DNA of 64,000 bases from Antedon mediterranea. Taxonomy: Eukaryota > Animalia > Echinodermata. Below the pieces are notes generated by a model, which did no database searches, had not been told where the DNA came from, and worked only from the letters and a program-made list of their open reading frames with translations. The stretch lies in assembly GCF_964355755.1 (NCBI RefSeq), contig NC_092677.1, positions 16,638,101 through 16,702,100 on the forward strand, given 5' to 3'. Position 1 is the first letter of the stretch; the number at the start of each line of letters is the position of its first letter. Shown here piece after piece: positions 49,165-62,658 of the stretch. A program made the position numbers and the translations under genes.

Positions 49165-50450
49165 TGCTTGAAACAAGAATTCTACAAATAAAAATCGGAA
49201 TATTCTTACTTATTTTAAGAAATATATTGCTTGAAACAAGAAAACTAAAAATATAAATCGGAATATTCTTACTTATTTTAAGAAAAATATTGCTTAAAAC
49301 AAGAATTCTAAAAAATACAAACCGGAATATTCTTACTTATTTTAAGAAAAATATTGCTTGAAACAAGAATTCTACAAATAAAAATCGGAATATTCTTACT
49401 TATTTTAAGAAATATATTGCTTGAAACAAGAATTCAAAAAATACAAATCGGAATATTCTTACTTATTTTAAGAAAAATATTGCTTGAAACAAGAATTCAA
49501 AAAATACAAATCGGAATATTCTTACTTATTTTAAGAAAAATATTGCTTGAAACAAGAATTCAAAAAATACAAATCGGAATATTCTTACTTATTTTAAGAA
49601 ATATATTGCTTGAAACAAGAATATTAAAATTAAAAATCGGAATATTCTTACTTATTTTAAGAAAAATATTGCTTAAAACAAGAATTCTAAAAAATACAAA
49701 TCGGAATATTCTTACTTATTTTAAGAAAAATATTGCTTGAAACAAGAATTCTACAAATAAAAATCGGAATATTCTTACTTATTTTAAGAAATATTTTGCT
49801 TGAAACAAGAATTCAAAAAATACAAATCGGAATATTTTTACTTATTTTAAGAAAAAAATTGCTTGAAACAAGAATTAAAAAAATACAAATCGGAATATTC
49901 TTACTTATTTTAAGAAAAATATTGCTTGAAACAAGAATTCAAAAAATACAAATCGGAATATTCTTACTTATTTTAAGAAAAATATTGCTTGAAACAAGAA
50001 TTCAAAAAATAAAAATCGGAATATTCTTACTTATTTTAAGAAATATCTTGCTTGAAACAAGAATTCAAAAAAATACAAATCGGAATATTCTTACTTATTT
50101 TAAGAAATATATTGCTTGAAACAAGAATTCTATAAAATACAAATCGGAATATTCTTACTTATTTTAAGAAATATCTTGCTTGAAACAAGAATTCAAAAAA
50201 ATACAAATCGGAATATTCTTACTTATTTTAAGAAATATATTGCTTGAAACAAGAATTCTATAAAATACAAATCGGAATATTGTTACTTATTTTAAGAAAT
50301 ATATTGCTTGAAACAAGAATTCAAAAAAATACAAATCGGAATATTCTTACTTATTTTAAGAAAAATATTGCTTGAAACAAGAATTCTATTTTAAAAAATC
50401 GATAAATTGTTACTTATTTTAAGGCAGATACTGCTTAAAACAAGAATGAA
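49165..50450. repeat. Right subterminal tandem array, 63-bp unit, ~20 copies
   Basis: TTGCTTGAAACAAGAATTCAAAAAATACAAATCGGAATATTCTTACTTATTTTAAGAAAAATA repeated; two to three inverted units at ~48990-49145. Confidence 0.95.
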
Positions 50451-52157
50451 AAAAGCAATTAAATTCTTGGTAAGAATATTGTTCTTAAAGTATTATTTCT
50501 TGGTAAGAATAATTTTCTTGATAAGAATTTGTGTGATTCTTGTTAAGAATTTTACGATTCTTGGTAAGCCAAAAAGTATTGAAATACGGACAAGTCAAAA
50601 TTTACTTGTTTCAAGAAATATTTTGCTTGAAACAAGTTTTTTTTTTCTTAAAACAAGAATCAGAATTTTGCTGTGTGGTAGTGGAGGAAAATATGATTAG
50701 ATGATAGATTTTAATCCTTCATTTTAACGTTGATATTTTTTTTATTCTGTATTTATTGCTTTTAAACTTAAAACACTGTGGAATTAAAACTGTTGTATTG
50801 AATATGTTACCGGTATACCTTACTGAAATATTTTGTTTTAATTTTATCTTATATTTTCATCTGTGATACATGATGTTTAGACCTTTCAAATACATTGTAA
50901 GTAGGTTAGTAGGCTCTATACAAGATTGTAAATAAAACCCCAATGCAGATCTGGTATATAGTCGCTGCATTGCTGCCTGCCGTAGGTAGGTTCATGCGGG
51001 CCTAATCCAAATTTTCTCAGTTTCCAGTTAAGCTCAGTGAGGACCAGAATTAATATATTTACCTTTTTACCTGGAGATAACGAATCATAATATCAAACGC
51101 CAAAGGAATCGCATCAAACCGCTTTTAAACCCCTTACTAAAATGTAATAACAATAAACACTGATTCTTATAGTTATGATGATTCGCGTAACAACATGCCT
51201 ACAATTGCCTACATGCCTACTTTAATTAATTTTTTTTTTAAGTCAGTTTTCAATTTTACAAAATATTATTGGTCTGCATTGCTGTCGAAAGAACTAAGTA
51301 CAGTACTTGAATTAGCCATTTTAAGATAATATAGTGAAATTTCAATCACATCCTTTCCCTTTCGATTCGTTTTACTTATTTATTTGTTAGTGTTTTATTT
51401 AATTGAATGTTTATCTAATCTTCATTATGTATTCGTCCTTTGAATTGAGGATATTCAAAATTAATGCTGCGATAGTCACTTTATATTAATTGTGTACTGA
51501 TCTGTACACGTTGCGCATCGTGAAACACCATTATTTTATAATCAAACAGAGTTGATTTTTTCCTTGAACCATTTCTCACTTTCAATATAAATTAATATTC
51601 GACGAGGTCGTTTTTTGGGGTAATAGCATTTAATGAAAACATTTGTTTTTTTTTAGTCCCATAACGCTAACATTGTCAATGAAGATTAACAATATACACA
51701 ATATTTAAATTTCAATATATCTTTTGATGCATACGAGTCTTCAAATTTAAAAGCATTACACTTTTAAAGTAACAAAATAAATAATTAAATAATAAACACC
51801 ACAAGGCGTAAGTACATATCCCATAATTCGAGGTTTTACATAAAAGAGTATGACATTCCAACAGCGAACTGTCAGGCACTTGATATGAAATGGACTGTGA
51901 TATAGCTCAGACTCCTATTTTTAGATAGCTCTTGTTATTTTGTATTAATTATTTTCAACGTCGTTAATATTCGTTCGTTTGTTTTTGTTTTCTGTGTTTG
52001 CCTTTTGTTTCTGGGGGGTTTTTTTGCTCTTGAGGTAATTTTCAAATGATACTTTTTCCAAACACCATAACTAGATGAATGAAATCCAAATGTTGATAAC
52101 TTTATTCCAATTTCTATGTAGATTAGTTGATCTGAGAGCGATCAGTAATCGACAAAA

Positions 52158-55100
52158 ATGTTCAAAATTGTGGCTATCTGTGTTATTTGCTTTTTTTTGC
52201 AGTACAGGTAAGTCAAATCCTACTCCATAGCCAATAAAAATGATATCATTATAATCATTGTAGATAAATCAATACCATTTTAAGTTGCACAAGGCCAACT
52301 AAACCCAATGATTTAATGTTATGAAGTAATTTTTTTAATGGTATCGTTTGATTCCTTAGAGTATAGGATTTTTTTATGCCCTTATAAAAATACAGATTGA
52401 AACAAATTGTAAATTGTTAAATGCCGACAAGTTAGAGCTTTATTGTGACAACCCTTTTTAAAATAGTTTTTAATAGAATATTATCAAACATTAAATTGTG
52501 GTTTGTTAGTTTCCTTAGATAGGACAGATTGTTAACAACATAAACCAGAAAAAATAAAAAAATAATAAAAAAAATACTGTAATATACATAAAAATAAAAA
52601 CTAGAAGAAAAGAATGTTTCTATTTGCATAATAAGTAGAGGATTAGCCAATAGGTTCCGTTACCAACTTTAAAAACAAAGGTTTGAAAGTGATTTTGAGA
52701 TCTTTGATCAATTCTTAACAAATTTAGCTTCGGTTCACCTTCCAAAACTTTTAAAATACCCGTAAGGTCATGGGGAATTAGAAAATGTATAGTTTGTTAT
52801 GGATTTTAGGCAAAAAAAATCCAAGAGCAATTTGACACGGAATGACCCATAAAGGGTTACCGTATTTAATGACAATCTATATATTTAATTCCTCTTGGTC
52901 GTACGAGTATTTTGATATTATATAGTGGCATGATTAAAGCATTTTTTAATTTCGACTCCCATGTGACCTTATTTGACTGCTGTACTGAGTTTCCAGGAAT
53001 TTCTCAAGGTAAGCTCCAGCTAAATTTGTTCAGAATTGCTCAAAGATCCCAAAACCACTGTTCTATAAAGTTGGTTACGAACCTATTGGCTGGTCCTCTA
53101 AATATATGTCACGTATCACTATTCTATGGGGTTCTAAATGTGTAATGCAGACATCTTACATTTCCATTAGACCATTAGAGCTTTCATGGTATGCAAGTCA
53201 AACAGTATATATATTTAATTGAAATTAATATTATAACATATTGATTCAAACATTTCAAATCGTTTAGTTTTTCGTTTTTCATTCACCACCCAACTGATAA
53301 ATATCTGATAACTTAGCAAATCAACGCGATTTTTAAGCCCTATCTACACTATCAAATTAGTTTGACATAAAAAGTTTGATGTGCCTAAATATGGTAGTGA
53401 TATGCTTAATTAATAATATGTCCATATAGGGCACATCACATTTTAATAGTGTAGACGGGGCTTTAGATTACTATTAATTATTCCAGAATTGCAAAACATT
53501 GACATCTGTAATAATACTAATACAAATATTAACTATAACTTAGTAAACAAAATAATGTGTTATACTAAACGATTGTCATTACAGGAGTGACGCAACCGAC
53601 ACAACTGCAAAAGTAAGTTCCACAATAATAAATTGCTTTAATTTCTATAATATATGGCTACGATTGAACCAAATGATTTTATTTTTGGTGATCACACATC
53701 ACGGCCAATTTGAGACAGTAGTATAGTTCACGATTATTGATTAAAATAATACCGATAATTATGCTACATCGCATTGTGGACAAACTGTTTTTGCCCAATT
53801 GTTGGTAAGTCCACACGCTTTGATTTCATTTCATTATTTATTCGGTGTATTTCAATATATACATAACAAAAAAACTGAAATTGGGGAAACCAGGGCCAAC
53901 CTAAGTGAACTTAATCACTGTGCTGAGCCGGTTGACTCAATGTTCACATATTTGTATAGGCCTATTGTTCGTTTGTTTCATGATCAACACAACATTACTA
54001 TCATAACCTTTTTTCACAATTAGATAATCATCTACGACCACACTCACTTCAAGGGTCCGTTACGTGTACTTACTAACAATGAGGACAATTTAGGAGACAT
54101 TGGTTTTAATGACAGGCTATCTTCCATCAAGGTTCAAGGCAGTGTGTAAGCATTTTATTTATTTTTTTACATTGGGTGTACACGGTTATAGCCATTTTCC
54201 ACGTCGCTTATCATCATCATTGTCACCCTGAACAATTAATTCTTTGTTAAATATGCCAATTTAATGTCACAATATAGAAGTTATCTACCGTGATCAAAAA
54301 TTGGATCGAACAAAAATGATTACCAGAATTGAACACACTGTAATTTAAAGCAAAATCTAGTCAAATATTTTGCTAGCCAGTTTGTTTTTGGTGAATTTAA
54401 CAATTTATTTAGAAATTTCAATGATACCAATTTTAGTTTCGGATGACGTACTTTTGTGTCGAGTTAAAACAGGCAATGACTATTATTTATGTCGGTTAAA
54501 TAATGAGGAAAACTCGATTGCTGTTGATATTAAATTTCAGATGGGTTGGATACGAACATTCGCAGTTCCACGGTAGGCAGTACATACTAGAAGAAGGCGA
54601 ATATCCAACTCCTCAGGCGTGGAAAGGAAGTAATGACAAACTTTCTTCGCTCAAGAGACTAAGTACTGTAAGTGTTACATATTTTATATTTTGTTATAAA
54701 ATGACCAGTATTAGAGGAGAATCCGGTATTCTCGGGAAGGTAATATAGAAAAGGAAATGATCAAAGGTCAAAACATTGAGAAATTACATTTCCGGTCATT
54801 TTTTTGAAAAAAGTTCTATTAGAGCGAATATAAATATTTACCCTTTGATCTATTTGACACCAATATCATTTCAATTGTCAAACCCGTTGCTGAGATATGG
54901 CTGTTTACGATAAAAATATAAAAATTGAGGTCAGAGGTCACATAGGTCAAATCAGATTTCCAGTAACTTTGTTTTGGTATCTCCATAATTATCATGTTCT
55001 ATCAACATGCCAAAGGGCACACTTGTATCCACTGTGGTAACATCATTTTCCCCTTAGGGACCGGACTAGCTTGGGTGCACACGGAACAACAGATTTAACT

Positions 55101-58100
55101 GATGAATTATTCATGTTTATTTTGTGACGTTTCATGAGGGGTCCCCAACTTATGTACGAAAAAAAAATCGCGGCCCGCTAGTTCCCTTTTGCACGTGCCT
55201 TGTATTTTAACTCGAAATTTATTAAGCAACTTTATCCTGAATACCAACACCTTAGAATTAGTAGGCCTACTTTAATGAAGAAAAATCACATAAAGGTAAC
55301 AATAAATCGGTTAAATTGGTGATTTTACAGACGTTTTCCTGGTATACTGTTCGCAAATTTTGCACACTCAATGTTCAATATTTTGGTTTCTATGGAACGC
55401 TAAAAGAGCAAAATTATTTAGGAGGCTAAAAACTCTGTGGAATCCATATATTTAACGCATTATTTGGTGAAAACCACGTACAATTTCAATTTTTACTTTG
55501 TCAGTAAGGAAAAATGTTACTGTTGATACTGTACACGGTTTCGTTAACCTTTTAAAGAATAGAATAGAAAAATTCATAATATCCTTATAGGATGTCCTAG
55601 GTCTAGAGGTTAAGCAGTGATGTTGATTTAGGATCGATTATTATTCTTTGAAAACAGAACAGTATCAGCAGTAACGTAGTACACCATTTTTATTGACAAA
55701 TTAAAAAATATATTGAAATTAGTACGTGTTTTTCACCAATAAATCTATTGGCTGCTATATGGAAGCAACTGTACTAGAACTTGAGTGATCAACTACCCCG
55801 AACGGAACGATTATCGGCCTTGTGATTTATTACAAGAGAACACAACGTGTTCGGGTGTTATAGATTATGATTTATCATTTATAGATACAAATTCATTAAC
55901 ATTATTCAGTTATGAGTAATCTTAAACAGCAAGCAATAAAGCAGATATAAAAACCAAAATAAGATAAAATATTAAATCATTTTATAGACTTTTCTTAAAA
56001 GTAACCAGATGCAGAAAGTTTATTTTTAAATTGAGATCATTCCGTAGTGTAGGTCCTGGATATAGAAACAAAACAAATTGATTTCTAGTTAATCTGTAAA
56101 AGGAACCTCATTGTTAAATTGCTTTTTAATATCAAATAATTATATAATGAGTTTGTTGATAAATTTAAACATCTATAGCAACTTTGAACCTTTTAAAGAT
56201 TATTTAAACTGAGCAAATCTAATTTTTTTTAAATAAAGGTTCAGATAATGTTCAGTAATGAGAAAAAAATAATAATTCTACAAACAGGATAAAAACATAT
56301 CGGGTATATATAGGCCTATTGCACCTGTTTTACATATGGTCCTTTTTTAGAGCATTCATAAAATACATTAAAACTTACTAATATTACAAAGATAAACAAT
56401 ATTTTCAATGTTTTATAAAATGAGTGAAAGAACTAAAAAGATACATAACAAGGCCAACAGCCATAAGTCGCGTGCTAAAATGCATAGTGATACCGGACCG
56501 ACAGACAGACCGATAGACCGACAGACCGACCGACATTCAATTCAATTCAATTCAATTCAAGGAACATTTATTCACGTCCAAAAGACAAAAGTAACAAAAA
56601 CAAAATGGCAAGTGATAAAACAAGAAAATGGACGAAGGCAAATCCCAAAAAGATTACAATCTTGTGACGGGATTGCCTTTACAAAATATTTAAATTAAAA
56701 GAAGAAAAAAATATATATATATAAATAAAGAAAATAAATTAATTAAACAATAAAGAAATACAAAATATATATAAAACCAGTAGATAAAAGTTGGAATAAA
56801 AAATAAAAAAAGAACAGAAAAAAGTACAGCTGCATGGCATATAGCGAATATGATGACAATTGAATAATAAAGATAGCAAGTCACGGAACATGGAAACAAC
56901 GACCATATCAAACAGATCGATCAGTAATGAGACAAAAGGTAATTTTTTATGTTATTATTGAATGAATAGCGGTTAGCAGCACAGGAAATTGAGGGGGGTA
57001 AATTGTTAAACAATAGAGGTCCAGAATATCTAATGCTATGTTGAAAATAATTGGTGTTATGGTTAGGGATATATATGTTATTTCTTGTTCTAGTATAATA
57101 TTTATGAACGGTATTATTAGGAGCGAAAAGGTCGTTTAGATGGCAAGGGAGAAGTGAGTGAGTGGCCAAAAAAACAAAGACACCTTGCTGGGATAGGTTA
57201 ATGTCCGAGAGTTTGAGAAGATTGAGTTTGAAGAATAAGTGGGAGGAATGTGACAGTGGATGAGCGCCAGATATAGTCCTGATAGCTTTTTTTTGTAGGA
57301 TAGAGAGTTTAATGATGTTTGAAGGGTAAGTGTTGGCCCAGACAATGTTACCATAGCTCAAATAAGGAAGGATGAGTGTGCAATAAAGGGTCCTGAGAAT
57401 ATTAGTTGGGAGGAAGGAAGAAAGCCTGGAAATGATCCCAAGGTTCTTAGACACTTTGTTCTCAATTTCTTGGATATGGGGTTTCCATGAGAGAGAGTTG
57501 TCGATGATAATGCCAAGAAATTTATTATACTTAACAGAGGGGATTTCTTGATTATCAATAACGACTTTAAGTGGGGACACATCAATACCTCTAGTCAACT
57601 GCGGGGTTCCGAATAGGATGTAACTACATTTATTATGATTGAGGGAGAGTTTGTTGGCAATAAAGTACTGGGACAAGGGGATAACGTTGGTATTAAAGGT
57701 GTCAAAAAGAGTTTGGATATTTTTGTTGGCATGAAAAACTGTAGTGTCATCAGCATATAGAAAAAAATTTAGCAGGTTTGAGGTTCGGTGGATATCATTA
57801 ATGTAAAAGGTGAACAGAAGCGGGCCAAGTAAGGAGCCCTGGGGAACGCCACAGGTGATAGGGCAAAAATTAGAAATAGAGTTAGAATATTTAGTACATT
57901 GGGAGCGGTTAGTGAGATAGCTTTTGAAAACGTTTAAGGCGGGTCCTCGGATTCCATAGTGAGACAATTTAAAAAGAAGAATATTATGATCAATGGTGTC
58001 GAAAGCCTTGGAAAGGTCGATGAAAAGTCCGATTCCAAATTGACGATTTTCGAATGCATGAATAATTTTGTTAGTGAGGTCGATCATAGTGAACTATAGA

Positions 58101-61100
58101 GTCGCGTCCACGCGACTAAAAAGTTATTGTTTTAAAAACACGGATTTTACAAATATAGTAGCAATACAATATAAATCTAAACAATTAACTCCTAAAATAC
58201 AATTTATCAAATAAAACTTAGCAAAAATATGGTGAAATATCATAAATGATATACGCATGTTATTTTTTTTTCTTCATATGCAGGCTCCTTTGAGCAAAAG
58301 TCCATTTATTATACTCTATGAACACGGTCAATTTAGGGGAAAATCTCACAGATTTACATACAAGATTAGTAGCCTGGGTGCTTACGGATTTAACGACAAG
58401 TTATCATCTCTAAAGGTCATACGTGGAACGTAAGTATAAACGTTTTAATTTAGGCCTAGATAAATTTTACCTGTTATTAAATCTGCTCAGCATTAGTTTA
58501 ATAATACCAAACCTTTAATCGTTGGTTGATAAATTTAATTTTTTGATCATATTTCCATATAAACATACAAAGTAGAAAGAAACAAAGAAAGTGAAAATAA
58601 CATTAGGTCGAAATCGAAGCCTTACTCCCGACCATTCAAAGTCCGAAAAGGAGAAAAATCCTAATATCATGCAAAATCAAAGCTGATACGTCCCAGGCTG
58701 CTTTTAAGCGTTTATCTGATATTTTAATATTTGAAGTCAATAAGTATAAACACTTGTTTTTACATTGCAAATTAATTGAATTATACATCGACCGGAAAAA
58801 TGTTATTTTATGATTATAATTTACTTATTAAAGATGGATCTTGTATGAACATGGAGGATATAGTGGTCGGCAATTCATCGTCACTGAAGGTGAATACAGA
58901 AATGGGTACGGCGGGAACGATATAATTAGTTCACTACGACCAGTCTTGGAGGTAAGCTATTGAATTCTATACGACGATTCGTTGTATCTAAAATTACCAT
59001 GAAGCAATGAATGATATATTTTATTCGTATTTCTATAGAAAAGAACTACATTCGTAACAAAATACTTAAATTAATCATGGGGAGAAGAGATAAAACGTCT
59101 TAGATTTAATTTTCAGAAATAAATACTGAATGATGTTTAAAATTAAGCCTATCTAGGCATATTTCCTTCTGTGTTTTAGATATTGTGTATGAAAACAAAA
59201 TGTCCCAATTATTATTATCTATTTATTTATTTTGAAAAATCTAACCGCGTGGTGTTTAATAAAATCTGCGTTTCAAAAAAAAAAAGCGTTGTAGAGAGTT
59301 TCACAAAACACTTCTTCAAAACTTCAAAACATTTTATTTACTCGACTTTCAACAAGAAACTTTGTATGAAAGGACGAATTTTAATATGGTATTTAAAAAA
59401 CGTCCACCACTTGTTAGTAGGTTACAGTCAACCACTGGGCTCAATCGAACTCAGTTCCTAGGATAGTCATCTAACGGCGCATGTGCTGCTAGGTTCATGT
59501 TTGATTATGTGGGGCGGCCACGTCCACTCACTGGAGGCGAGAAACATTGTACGGTTTATCCGAGATTTATTTAAATCCTTGTTCTGTCTCTGTTATCCAA
59601 CGCTGAATAAAGTCAAATCAAAGTCAAAACGATCACGCTTTTGTAGAATGTTGGTTTACGTTAATATTGTTGATAAATTAATTGTTATTTGATAAATAGT
59701 AGTACGCATGTAACTTTGAACTAAGAGTAAAAGCATGTGACACATCAACAACGCCTCAACCGGTTTTTTTTTAATGCAAAACCAGAAGCGGTACCACTGC
59801 GTTACAATCTACGCATGTCTCTAGAAATTCCAGGATATCTATACGTTTTTCACGCTGCTGCTCTAGTCCGCTACGTCTCATTAGGACTACTCAATCAGAA
59901 GCTAAAGCAAGCAGCAGTTATAGTTCTAAGGACGACAGTTTTGCGAAAATGGAAACTCTACTATAATTTATTGATTCCAGCTGTTACAGTAGACCCAAAA
60001 AAAAACGTCTGGGAAAAGAGTCTATTAATAAATAAATAAATAATATATTTATATAACAGTGTATCTGTTTTACATTGTGGTCCTGATTTTCTGGTATATT
60101 CACTGTCAGATATTCATTGAATTATTATCGAAACATTCCATTAAAGTTTGTGTTTGTAATAGGATATTTCACACTTGAAATATCTAGGGTGATGAAGTGA
60201 CCCCCAGACTTGACCTTAGCAAAAAAATTAACTAAAGTGACAGAAATTGAGTATTCACTTTTGTAACAAAAAATAATATTTATTCACATATAAAAAGAGA
60301 AAAGAAACCCAAAAACCATTGTCTGACAGACAATTTAAGTATTTGTTGCTTTAAATTACATTTTTTCAGGTAAAATAACTATTATGTGACAATAAAATGA
60401 CACACTCAAAAACATTTGAAATAAAAAATATTTTTCAATAAGCGAGCAGCGTTTTTTGTAAGAAATATTTCTTTTTTATTATTGATAATCATTGTGCATG
60501 TAATTAATTTGCAAGCTTGTCATTTACATATATTCAATCACTTTAAAACAACATCATACCTTATCTTTTTTTTAGCCGAATTTTCCTACAGAAATCATCA
60601 GCATGACTTTTGACATAGATAGTAGTATACTACAAACAACCCCTGAAGTCTTGTTTAACAAAGTCGTAAACAACAACGGCGGTTCAATCCAGACGCCATC
60701 ATGGGGAACATCGTTTAGCACTAGCAGGACTAAAACCTACGAGTGGAACTGGGAAAACAGCCTTACAATAGGTGTAACAACTACGTTCAAAACAGGTGTA
60801 CCAATTATCGCTGAAGCTAAAGTCACTACGAGCGTTGAAAACACGTTCTCTGTTGGCGAAACAAGGAGTTCGGAGAATACCCAGTCTGAAACATGGAGTG
60901 TTACTTTACCAAGTTCTGTTGCTGCTTACACCAGATTGCGTGTCAAGGTGATCGTCCAGAATGGAAAGATAGACGTACCATTCACGGCTGTGCTGAAGAA
61001 AGGACCCAGACAATGGGAGGAGCGTGGCGTGTATACAGGAACGCAGTCATATAATATGGTGGTAGATTATACCGAGGAGCCACTCCCGCAAGGAGACACT

Positions 61101-61106
61101 GAATAA
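52158..61106 (+). CDS. Secreted betagamma-crystallin / aerolysin-like pore-forming protein (EP37 / betagamma-CAT alpha-like), ~373 aa. Exons 52158-52207, 53585-53612, 54024-54145, 54541-54667, 58284-58429, 58834-58951, 60576-61106
   Basis: Seven GT-AG exons join into an uninterrupted 1122-nt frame. Signal peptide [20 protein letters not shown]; four Greek keys ([18 protein letters not shown]; [18 protein letters not shown]; [19 protein letters not shown]; [20 protein letters not shown]); C-terminal S/T-rich domain with hairpin [26 protein letters not shown] and DVPFTA..GVYTG. Confidence 0.9.
55975..56330 (-). mobile_element. Old LINE (CR1/L2-group) 3' fragment
   Basis: Minus-strand remnants SEPLFKK and [11 protein letters not shown] resemble the C-terminus of the younger LINE at 56921. 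Confidence 0.5.
56447..58122 (-). mobile_element. Second HINE/DINE-1-like copy, interrupted by a LINE
   Basis: 56447-56536 and 58085-58122 match 34157-34227 and 35860-35895; hairpin AGTCGCGTCCACGCGACT. Confidence 0.75.
56537..58087 (-). mobile_element. 5'-truncated LINE (CR1/L2 group) with an open partial reverse-transcriptase ORF (58087-56921) and (TTGAA)n tail
   Basis: [31 protein letters not shown] and KFLG motifs; plus-strand (TTCAA)n at 56536-56560. Lies in an intron of the crystallin-aerolysin gene. Confidence 0.95.
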
Positions 61107-62477
61107 GTTAACACAAATGTCAATGGAAGAATGACGACTTTACTTACACTTCTAGAATATTATTAGCACGAACATTTTATATCGTTTTTATTAACGCACT
61201 AACAATAAGACAAACCACGTAATGTATAATAGCCTAAACAACACCAACCTAACAAAATTAACTATCCAAAACTAAAATATTACACAGCCTTATAAATTGA
61301 CCCCCACCCCCCCCCCCCCCCCCAAAAAAAAAGAATTTATGCCTACAGTATAACTAATATGGAATGACAAAATTACAAGTGACAAGTGTACACAAGTATG
61401 ATGTCGCTTGGTTTTCATAGCATATAACAGTTTTTCCTAAATATATACAAAAAATGAGAAAAACACTCCTGTGGTAATTGAATATTATGTATTTATAGAA
61501 ATATGGATTCATGGAATAATAGAATTCTGATTACTCTTAACACGATTGTAACACTTACTCAAAGATTTGGAATTTTAGGGAGAATGTAGGGATTTTCATG
61601 TCACTAAAGGCCATATTACACAGTTGAGCGGTAACGGTAAGAGGATAAAAACCACGTAGAATCTGTATCTGTATATCCTGAGCGGAAACCGCTCGTCCGC
61701 TCCGCAGGCCTACAGTGCAGTAGACCGAATGGGCACGCAAGTCTGTAATTGTAATGCTGTACCTATTTTGGTTAAATTATTCACGGTAGTAGGCCTATAT
61801 TGTGTATTAATAAAATAGATTACATTGCGCATTCTTTTTTAAGTTACTCCATGGCATTTTTCAACTTCTAATAATATAAACTAAGATTTCATGTAATGTT
61901 TCTGTCACGTCAGTCTGAAAGAGAATGTTAGTCAAGCGGGTCTGATTCATTTATTTTAAAACCTGGACACAGAACTCAAACTTTGATAACCAATGCTTTA
62001 TGAAATACTTTTTATACTTCATACTAACAAAAATATTTTATTAAATTTGTTTTCTAACATTATTTACTTAAGCAGAAGTTTAATATTGAATAAACAAAAA
62101 ACGCAATGCAAATTATTGTCGAGAACATAATTCCTTTACTAATTTCGGATCGGTCATGTTACCTCTGGTTAGTGAGTTCAGGGATGTTTTCCTCTGTTGA
62201 GAGGTCTAGGAATAGAAAACAGTAAATGATGACAAGGATTCTATACAAAGATGTTACATTCATAAGTGGCAAATCTTTAATCACAATATTCTCATCATAA
62301 CATATTAAGCTTAAACTACAGTACATCTGCTACTGCGTTCTATTAACTCTAAAAAAACTAACAATGAAGCATTATAAAATAAGGTCGTGTTAAATAATTA
62401 TGGACCTGTAATAATTCTTCACCTTCCTATTATACCAAGGTGAACATCAATATAATATATATGTATATATAATTATA

Positions 62478-62535
62478 TAATAATAATAATAACAACAATA
62501 ATAATAACAATAATAATAATAATAATAATAATAAA
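62478..62535. repeat. (AAT/AAC)n microsatellite between two 46-bp direct repeats (62224 and 62533)
   Basis: AAATGATGACAAGGATTyTATACAAAGATGTTACATTCATAAGTGG occurs twice. Confidence 0.85.
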
Positions 62536-62658
62536 TGATGACAAGGATTTTATACAAAGATGTTACATTCATAAGTGGAAACTCTTTATTGACGCCAGAC
62601 CACCCTGTCACCTTGTGCACTTAGATTATCCGGGGGGTGTACACATACATTTTTCTTA

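Larger units (their letters stand above)
43749..50675. mobile_element. EnSpm/CACTA-type DNA transposon (6.9 kb, decayed)
   Basis: Termini CACAGCAAAATT / AATTTTGCTGTG with a 2-bp TSD (TG), long subterminal tandem repeats at both ends and internal coding remnants. Confidence 0.88.

Noticed and set aside
49354-50700. ORFs with 21-aa periodicity
   Set aside because: By-product of the 63-bp repeat; frames shift wherever a unit has an indel.
56921-58087. Stand-alone 388-aa reverse transcriptase gene (retron/DGR-like or domesticated)
   Set aside because: It begins mid-RT. The ATG coincides with the CAT at the 5' truncation junction, and the element ends in a LINE microsatellite tail.
60603-61106. 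Independent single-exon or bacterial-derived toxin gene
   Set aside because: An in-frame acceptor at 60575 links it to the crystallin exons; no bacterial gene context.
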